Source: Eledone cirrhosa (taxonomy: Eukaryota). From it: DNA of 64,000 nt. Each line of letters opens with the position of its first letter. Positions within the stretch are counted from its first letter, which is position 1. The translations under genes and the position numbers were made by a program. The notes beneath the pieces were generated by a model. The model saw only the letters and a list, made by a program, of their open reading frames with translations. It searched no databases and was not told the DNA's origin. Location: positions 49,600,001 to 49,664,000 of the forward strand of contig OZ024747.1 of the NCBI GenBank assembly GCA_964016885.1. The letters are read 5' to 3'. Of this stretch, positions 52,995 to 64,000 are shown piece after piece.

Positions 52995-53131
52995 TTCCTA
53001 CACACTGAGCATGACCATTTCCCAGAAGGGACCGCCGCCTTATTTTCTTTCCTACAAACTAGAACTTTAATCTTAGCCAGGTTAATTTTAAATATATATA
53101 CATAGATATATATATATACATACATATATAC

Positions 53132-53166
<35 letters not shown>

Positions 53167-53234
53167 CATACATACATATATACATATACATACATACATA
53201 TATACATATACATACATACATACATACATACATA

Positions 53235-53845
53235 TGGTGGCTGCCAACTCGTTTTCGAGTACGGCCACTACTTTATATCCATGTAGGAGAACCCCTACTG
53301 ATGCGCTGAACGAGTGTGACTTTTTAGTCCAGCCAGCGACTTGAAAACTCTGGTACAAACACTGCACTTGTGATAATTATTGACAGATATTGCTGGGCCC
53401 ATGGTACCATGTGACGACAAGTGCAGAGAGATCTCCAGATATAAAGCAATGCCTGTGCCGTGAAGCTTTTATAGTGAGCAAAAGGCACTGCACAAAGCCA
53501 GTCCCACTCTCTTAACCAAGATGATATTTACCAAAAAGAAGAACAAGTCAACATCATTGGATACCATCAGGGTTGCAGGTGTTATATCAGAGTTTTCCTT
53601 CTCCTAGAATTCTGCCTTGACAAAGGCTAAGGGGTCATCTCTCCCGGTGATTTTGGATGGCCATTGACTCTTAAGAGCTCCTTTGCCCTTTGACAGGTTT
53701 TGTTTTTAGTCCTGCAGGATGTCCAAAGTCACCCTGCTCACCAAGAAACCTTGGTGGGGTTGCCAGTTTAGTCGCCAATGACCCGACCATGGGACAGGTT
53801 GTACTGGGATACATGTTACCAGTAGCACCAACTGGTGACCTGACA
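53235..53845 (+). mobile_element. Longer copy of the 43968-44345 repeat
   Basis: Nearly identical 3' 380 bp plus 230 bp more upstream; microsatellite on both sides. Confidence 0.75.
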
Positions 53846-53868
53846 TACATACATATACATACATATAT

Positions 53869-53903
<35 letters not shown>

Positions 53904-54042
53904 CATACATATATATATATATATATATACACATACATATATATATATATATACATACATATATATATATACATACATGTATTTACATATATATACATAC
54001 ATATATTCATACATACATATATATACATGCATACATATATAT

Positions 54043-54198
54043 AAAATTGAATTTCTGGATCTTGAGGACTTTCCAGACAAGAGACCAAGACACCATGTTG
54101 ACATTTGTCCTAAGCCGCCTGGACTATTGCTCCCAGTTGTGGTCACTCCATAGTATTAAACTAACCACGGAGCTTGAGGCAATCCAGCGAAGCTACAC
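54043..54198 (+). mobile_element. CR1-group LINE RT C-terminal fragment
   Basis: [40 protein letters not shown]. Confidence 0.75.
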
Positions 54199-54224
54199 CA
54201 TATATATATACATATATATATAAT

Positions 54225-55341
54225 CATCATCATCATCGTTTAACGTCCATCTTCCACGCTAGCATGGGTTTGGACGGGAATGTTCCCACTTGAGGCAAGA
54301 TTGGTTGTCTTGCTTGTATAGGACTGTCTGGCGGGTTTTCTACGGCTGGATGCCCTTCCTAACACCAACCACGTTTACAGTGTGGACTGGGAGGTTTTTA
54401 CCGTGTTACCTACATGGCCACATTACAGCGTGGACTGTGTGTTTTTTTTGTCGTGACACCTACACGACCTCATTTATTTAGGACTGGATGTTGTGGTACC
54501 AACATAACTTTACATCGAAAAAGGTGCTGTGGATAGGGTGGAGGTAGTGGGACGGGGGTGTATTTTTGTAAAGAGGTGCCTACTGACTGTAGGTTTCGCT
54601 TTGTACTTAGGCAAGGCGGGTCTTCTATATTACTGCGTAGTGCCAAAGATCTCGGTCCAGTGACACTGTCTTAGAGAGGTTTAAGTGTGTGAGGTCGGAA
54701 TTTATCAAGTCGTTCCAGGTTTTTCTGGGTCTGCCTACTCCGTGGCTACCGTCTATTTTTATCGCCCTGCACTTTTTTATAGAGCTGTCGTCTTTCATGC
54801 GCATTACGTGACCATACCAACGTAGTCTTCTCTCGAGTAAACAGCATCTGATCCCTCTTATTCCTAATTTCTCAGTTCATTTATGCTTTGCCGTTCACGT
54901 ACATTACTATTACACATCCAACAGAGCATGCAAGCTTCGTTTCTCTCCAGTCTGCATATATCCTCTGCACACAATGCCCAAGTTTCACTGCCATGTAACA
55001 TTGCTGTTCGTATGCAGGCATCATACAGCCTGCCTTTCATTTTTAGAGATAAACCTTTAGTGACCAATAGTGGTATAAGCTCTCTGAACTTTTTCCATCC
55101 CGTTCTGACTCTAGCTACTGTACTTTCAGAGCACCCTCCACCACTGCTGATTTTGTCACCCAGGTAACGGAAGGTGTCCACTATTTCTATAGAACCATCT
55201 GTGCAATGGAATGGGTTAGTATTCTGTGGGCACTTGCTGCTACTTATTGCACTGGAGCACCGGCCCCATATAAAATCTATATTCTTAGTTAGCTTACCTG
55301 TGATCCCACTATATCTTTTATGCACCCATACTTTGCATTTG

Positions 55342-55345
<4 letters not shown>
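54225..55345 (-). mobile_element. RTE family A 3' fragment
   Basis: Runs from [11 protein letters not shown] through the 3'UTR to the (CAT)n tail. Confidence 0.92.
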
Positions 55346-55394
<49 letters not shown>

Positions 55395-55723
55395 CGTATG
55401 TATGTATGTATACACATATACATACATATATATATATATATATACATAGATATATATATATATACATATATATACACATACATATGTATGTATATGTATG
55501 TATGTATGTATGTATACACATATACATACATATATATATATATACACAGACATATATATACATACAGACATATATATACATACACATACATATATATACA
55601 TACACATACATATATATACATACACATACATATATATACATACACATACATATATATACATACACATACATATATATATACATACACATACATATATATA
55701 CATACACATACATATATATACAT

Positions 55724-55762
<39 letters not shown>

Positions 55763-55856
55763 AATATGTATATATACATATATATATATATACATGCATA
55801 TATATATATAAAGATATATATATATACATACATATATATATATACGTACATACATG

Positions 55857-59346
<3,490 letters not shown>

Positions 59347-59688
59347 GGAGGCACATGGCTTAGTGGTTAGAGCATTGGCCTTGCAATCGAAAGGTTGTGA
59401 GTTCAATTCTCAGACCGTGTGATGTGTTGTTTCCTTGAGCAAGACACTTTATTTCACATTGCTCCAGTTTACTCAGCTGTAGAAATGAGATGATAAGGAC
59501 TGGGGTCCCTATCATTCCACTGTAAAGTGGTCGTGGAGGTGCCACGGCAAAAAAGCACCCAGCACTCACTGTAAATGAGGTTGGTGTTAGGAAGGGCATC
59601 CAGCTGTAGAAATCAAGCCAGAATCAGTTCCCGTCCCACCCTTGCAAGCAGGGAAAAAGCGGACGTAAAATGAAATGAATGATGAATG
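59347..59688 (+). mobile_element. Full-length CORE-SINE with RTE-B tail
   Basis: Near-identical to 44761-45097. Confidence 0.9.
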
Positions 59689-59837
59689 ATCTATATATAT
59701 ATACATACATATATATATACATACATACATATATATTTGTGAAATTATAAAACCAGAAGAATATACATATACATACATACATACATATATACACACATTA
59801 TATATACACACATGTGTGTATGTGTATATATACCCTT

Positions 59838-60150
59838 ATGGCTTACTGGTTAGTTTTGCGAGGTTGTGAGTTTGAATCCTGGACCAGGCTTTGCGCTGTG
59901 TTCCTGAGCAAGGCACTTTATTTTACGTTACTCCAGTTCATTCAGCTGTAGAAATGAGTTGCAATGTTACCGGTGCCAAGCTGTATCAGCCATTGCTTTT
60001 TCTTTGGACAACATCAGTGTTGTGGAGAGAACAGACAGGCATGTATGGGCGACTGCTGGTCTTACACAAACACACCTTGCTGAGGCCTGTGCTTCTGAGG
60101 GGAACTTTATAGGTGCAAAACCATGGTCATGCATGACCAAAGGAGACCTC
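59838..60150 (+). mobile_element. CORE-SINE with a different 3' tail
   Basis: tRNA-like head and CORE, followed by the unrelated tail GCCAAGCTGTATC...CATGGTCATGCATGACC. Confidence 0.7.
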
Positions 60151-60439
60151 TGAGATATGATATGATATATATATATATACGCACACACACTCACAGTGCT
60201 GGTGGCATGAATACACCCAGTCCACACTATAAAGTGGTTGGTAATAGGAAGTGCATTTAGCCAGAAAAACCTGCCAAAAACATGAAAAGTACAACAAATA
60301 TGATTCCCACTAACTGCATATACAGGGCTAACACTAGTCATGTTAGTGTTGCACACAAAGTGGGGTGGCTAGAGTAGCCATGTGCAAGAACCCCTCAACC
60401 ACACAACCCTTTCAGATACATAGAACTTCTACTCAAGGA

Positions 60440-61995
60440 AGTAACAACTAGCAAGGTACAAAACTCAGGACTGCCACCCTCAATGTTGACACCGTGAAAG
60501 GTAAACCGAGTGAAATTGCAGAGCTGCTAGAGAGGAGAGAAGTGGATATATGCTGTGTACAGGGGGTGAGATAGCGGGGTGTCTCAGCATGACTACTGAC
60601 AAGCAAACAGAATAGATATAAGCTGTACTGGATAGGAAATGACAATGGAGTAGGCCTTACAAACTGAGAAATGGATAGATCAAGTGATAGAAGTAGTTAG
60701 AGTGATAGAATTATCAAGTTTAGATTAGCAGTAGGAAATAGAATGGTGATAATTACATCAACCTATGGCCCACAGGCAGGACTGAGTAAAGAACAAAAAG
60801 ACTGGTTCTATGAGGAACTTTTACAGACAACTTCGGGTACCGATAAAGGTGACCTCATCATCCTGCCAAGCAACTTCAATGGACATGTGGGGCAGTACCG
60901 GGACAGATTCAGAGTTCACAGTGGCTATGGATATAGCTAAAAAAAATGAAGAGGGATTAAGGCTCCTGGAATTCTATGATATTAAAAGCAATAGGAGAAG
61001 TAGGAGTCGAACTAGTAACCAGCATAGTAAATTGGGTAATACAGGTCAGAGCCATACCCACTAACTGGTGCAGTAGTACAATCATAAATTGCTACAAGGA
61101 CAAAAGTGATGCTCTAGAAAGGAGCAACTACAGAGGAATAAAACTAATGGACTAAGGTTATGAAAGTGATGGAAAGAGTTTTAGTACAACTAATTAGACG
61201 AGTTTGGTCTCATGCCTGGAAACAGTACTACAGGCGCCCCCCCCCCCCCCCTCCCTTTTTAGTGAAGCAACTACAAAAATAAGCCACAGAGTACCTAGGT
61301 GTAGAAGAATGGCTTGTGAGAGTAGCGCAAACCATGTACAGAGGAGCTGTTGAGCATAGGAAGTGAGTATAGTGAGAAATTCAAGGTACAGGTAGTTCAT
61401 CAGGGTTTGGTTCTTAGCCCACTACCACTCATTTAGTTCTCCAGGCTATAACAGAGGAGTTTAAAACCAGCTGCTCATGAGAACTCTACAATGCAGATGA
61501 TCTGGTCCTTATAGCCATTAAAGACCTAAAAAATAAGTTCCAACTATGGAAAGAGAATTTGGAATCAAAAGGTCTGGGAGTAAACTTAGCCAAAACTAAA
61601 GCATTAGTGTGTAGGAGTGAAGATGGGACCATAATTCCTTCATGGAAGTGGTCCTGTTTAATATGTAGAAAAGGAGTAGGCATAAACTCCATACAATGTA
61701 CACAACAGATGCAGTGGGATAACAGGTAGACTAAGAGGAAGGGAAAACTTTCTATGTAAAAGATGCACAGGGGAAATCGTGGGGAAGAGCATCAATGGTA
61801 TAAACCTTCTCAAATCACACAAAGGATCGATAGAAATGGTTGATAGCTACTGCTATCTATGTGGCTTAATTAGTAGCAAAGGAGAGTGCTCTGAGAGAAT
61901 AATAGCAAGGATAAAGATAGGATGGAAGATATTTAGAAAGCTACTCCCACTATTGAAAACAAAAGGATGACTGTATGATGCCTGTGTGGAAGATG
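60440..61995 (+). mobile_element. Old, internally deleted RTE LINE (APE + RT remnants)
   Basis: LRTATLNVDTVKG..EVDICCVQ; TYGPQAG..FNGHVG; NYRGIKL; NADDL; WSCLICRKGVG; ARIKIGWKIFRKLLP. Confidence 0.85.
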
Positions 61996-62149
61996 CAGTA
62001 GAGTTAAACTTCCCACAAATTTTACCTGTAATATCAGAGGACTCACACTGATCAAGTTTGAGCTTGCCTAAAATCGTCAACTTTATGGCCAAATATCACC
62101 AAACTTAATTTAAGTATCAACATGCAGGTACAACCTCAGTGACAATAAT

Positions 62150-62710
62150 TTTGCAGAGTTTGCTCGAAAGCTTCTGGCAAAATATCCCTTGATACTGAAG
62201 GATGTTTTGATAACTTCATCATTTTGTACAGTTGTGAAAAGCATTGACAGCTTAATTAATCAAGTGTTCCCCAATTTTGAAATCCACCATTCCAACGAGA
62301 AGTGGGTGTGTGAAAGAGCAATCATTACTCTTAAAAACATCACAGTGAATGCCATCAATAAAAAATCTTTCACAAATGATCCTTGGAGGTAACCAGACCT
62401 ATAAATCTATCGACAAAGCTGTTCATTATCCCATTGAATTTCTCAAAAGTCTGGAACCGTCTGGTATGCTGCCACACAACCTTGAATTGAAGAAAGATGT
62501 CATCATGATTCTCAGAAACCTGGATCAGCCAAGATTGTAAAATGGAACGCATATGGTTGTGACTGAACTACAGCCTCACATTTCCAGAGCCAAAATCCTT
62601 ACTGGATATGGTATGGGAGATGTATTTATACCAACAATCGTTTCAAACAATTGCAATTCTCAGTGAGAGTCAGTTACAGCATGACCATCAACAGATCCGG
62701 GAATCAAACC
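62150..62710 (+). pseudogene. Helitron PIF1-like helicase remnant
   Basis: WVCERAIITLKN..VNAIN; YKSID..YPIEFLKSLEPSGMLPHNLELK..MILRNLDQPRL*NGT; FKQLQFSVRVSYSMTINRS. Confidence 0.88.
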
Positions 62711-63165
62711 TCACGATTCCGAATCTGATGCTCTAACCACTAAGCCTCCTGTCTTCCCTACACATAAATATATATACATATACACATATATATATATACA
62801 TACACACACATCTATATACATATACACACATATCTATCTTGCTTCTGTTATGTTCTTCTAAAATAAAATACCCCACAGATGTAATCATTTAAGATAAACA
62901 AAATCTGTGCCAAGATTCACAATGGCCTTGCTATATGTGAAGAATTTCACATTCACCTACAACTTGGATAATTTGACCAAATTATTGTATTATCCATATA
63001 TACCACATAGGAATTATTAAATCTGGCAGTAAAGTATATTTCTTTTTTTCTTTCTTGTTTCTGACACTAGACTGAAGCCATCATATTAATCCCAGTAAGT
63101 ATTTTCTCAATCTCTTTTGGTCAAACCAATAAATTATGGATCATAAACACACACATCATAATATA

Positions 63166-64000
63166 CAGGGTGCAGACGGTATTTGAGAACACATGCATTT
63201 TTAGTCATTATTTTATTTGAAATTTTTTTTATTGAACTTCTATTTCAGAAAATAACAATGAAAATAACTATGCTTACTAATGAAATGAAAAGGCATGTTG
63301 TGATTGTGGCTTTGAAGGCTAAGCATGGTGATTTAGAAATTTCTCATTTTCTGAAAGTTGCAAGATCTTTTGTCCACAAGATTCGGTGTGAGTTAGAGAA
63401 AGAAGATGGAAGCGTATTACCTGTATCAAAACGTAAAACATTCCAAACGTTCTGATTCTATCAGAACACCTGAATTTATTCAGGAAGTTAAGCAAAACAT
63501 TGATGATAATCCAGGAAAATCAATGAGGTCAATTGCAAAAAATTTTGGTGTGTCAGAAAAAACAATCAGAAATGTTGTGCATGAAGACATCAGATACAAA
63601 TCTTCCGTGGTAAGGAGAGGTCAATTCATGTCAGAAAAAACAAAAGAAAACTGTTTAATCAGATCCCAAAGACTTTTGAACAAACTTAAAAATTCATCAG
63701 AAGATGGTGTGATTTGGTTTTTCTCAGATGAGAAAACTAACAGAAGAAATGTGCAGACCCTTCTGAAGTTCCAAGAATGCACACACAAAATTTCCTGCAA
63801 GTTTCATGGTTTTGGGTGTTAGCAATGAAGGACATGTGATGCCTCCTCACTTTTTCCACAAGGCCTTAGGGTGAATGGTGCTGCATATATTGAGGTTCTG
63901 GATAAGATGCCTTGGATCAACAGTGTATGCAATGGAAGGCCTTATGCTTTTCAACAAGATTCTGCACCATCACACAAGGCTCAAATGACACAAGAATGGA
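63166..64000 (+). mobile_element. Tc1/mariner-superfamily transposon, maT (DD37D)-like, frameshifted, runs off the window
   Basis: TA|CAGGGTG terminus; NPGKSMRSIAK HTH; WFFSDEK; VMPPHFFPQGLRVN..YIEVL; FQQDSAPSHKA. The third Asp lies beyond the window, so the spacing is inferred. Confidence 0.88.

Overview
AT-rich eukaryotic (animal) genomic DNA, probably from an octopus-like cephalopod. This is inferred from CORE-SINEs, RTE LINEs and dense (TA)n/(TACA)n microsatellites, and is not confirmed. The only host gene I can support is a minus-strand DCAF15 orthologue, with two GT-AG exons at 11795-11913 and 8662-8809. An 8.5 kb, 29-bp satellite with higher-order structure fills the intron downstream of these exons. 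The rest is a transposon graveyard: two RTE LINE families whose RT carries an inserted PHD-type finger, two R4/Dong-like REL retrotransposons in TA/TACA microsatellites, a Penelope-like GIY-YIG fragment, several SINE families, a piggyBac derivative with its MITEs, Helitron pieces and a maT-like Tc1/mariner. The most notable unannotated signal is a set of minimal type I hammerhead ribozyme motifs. Two of them are direct repeats 1114 nt apart (42337-42390 and 43451-43504) enclosing only non-coding microsatellite-like DNA, which is a retrozyme-like or non-autonomous Penelope architecture. All calls come from reading the sequence by eye; no searches were run.
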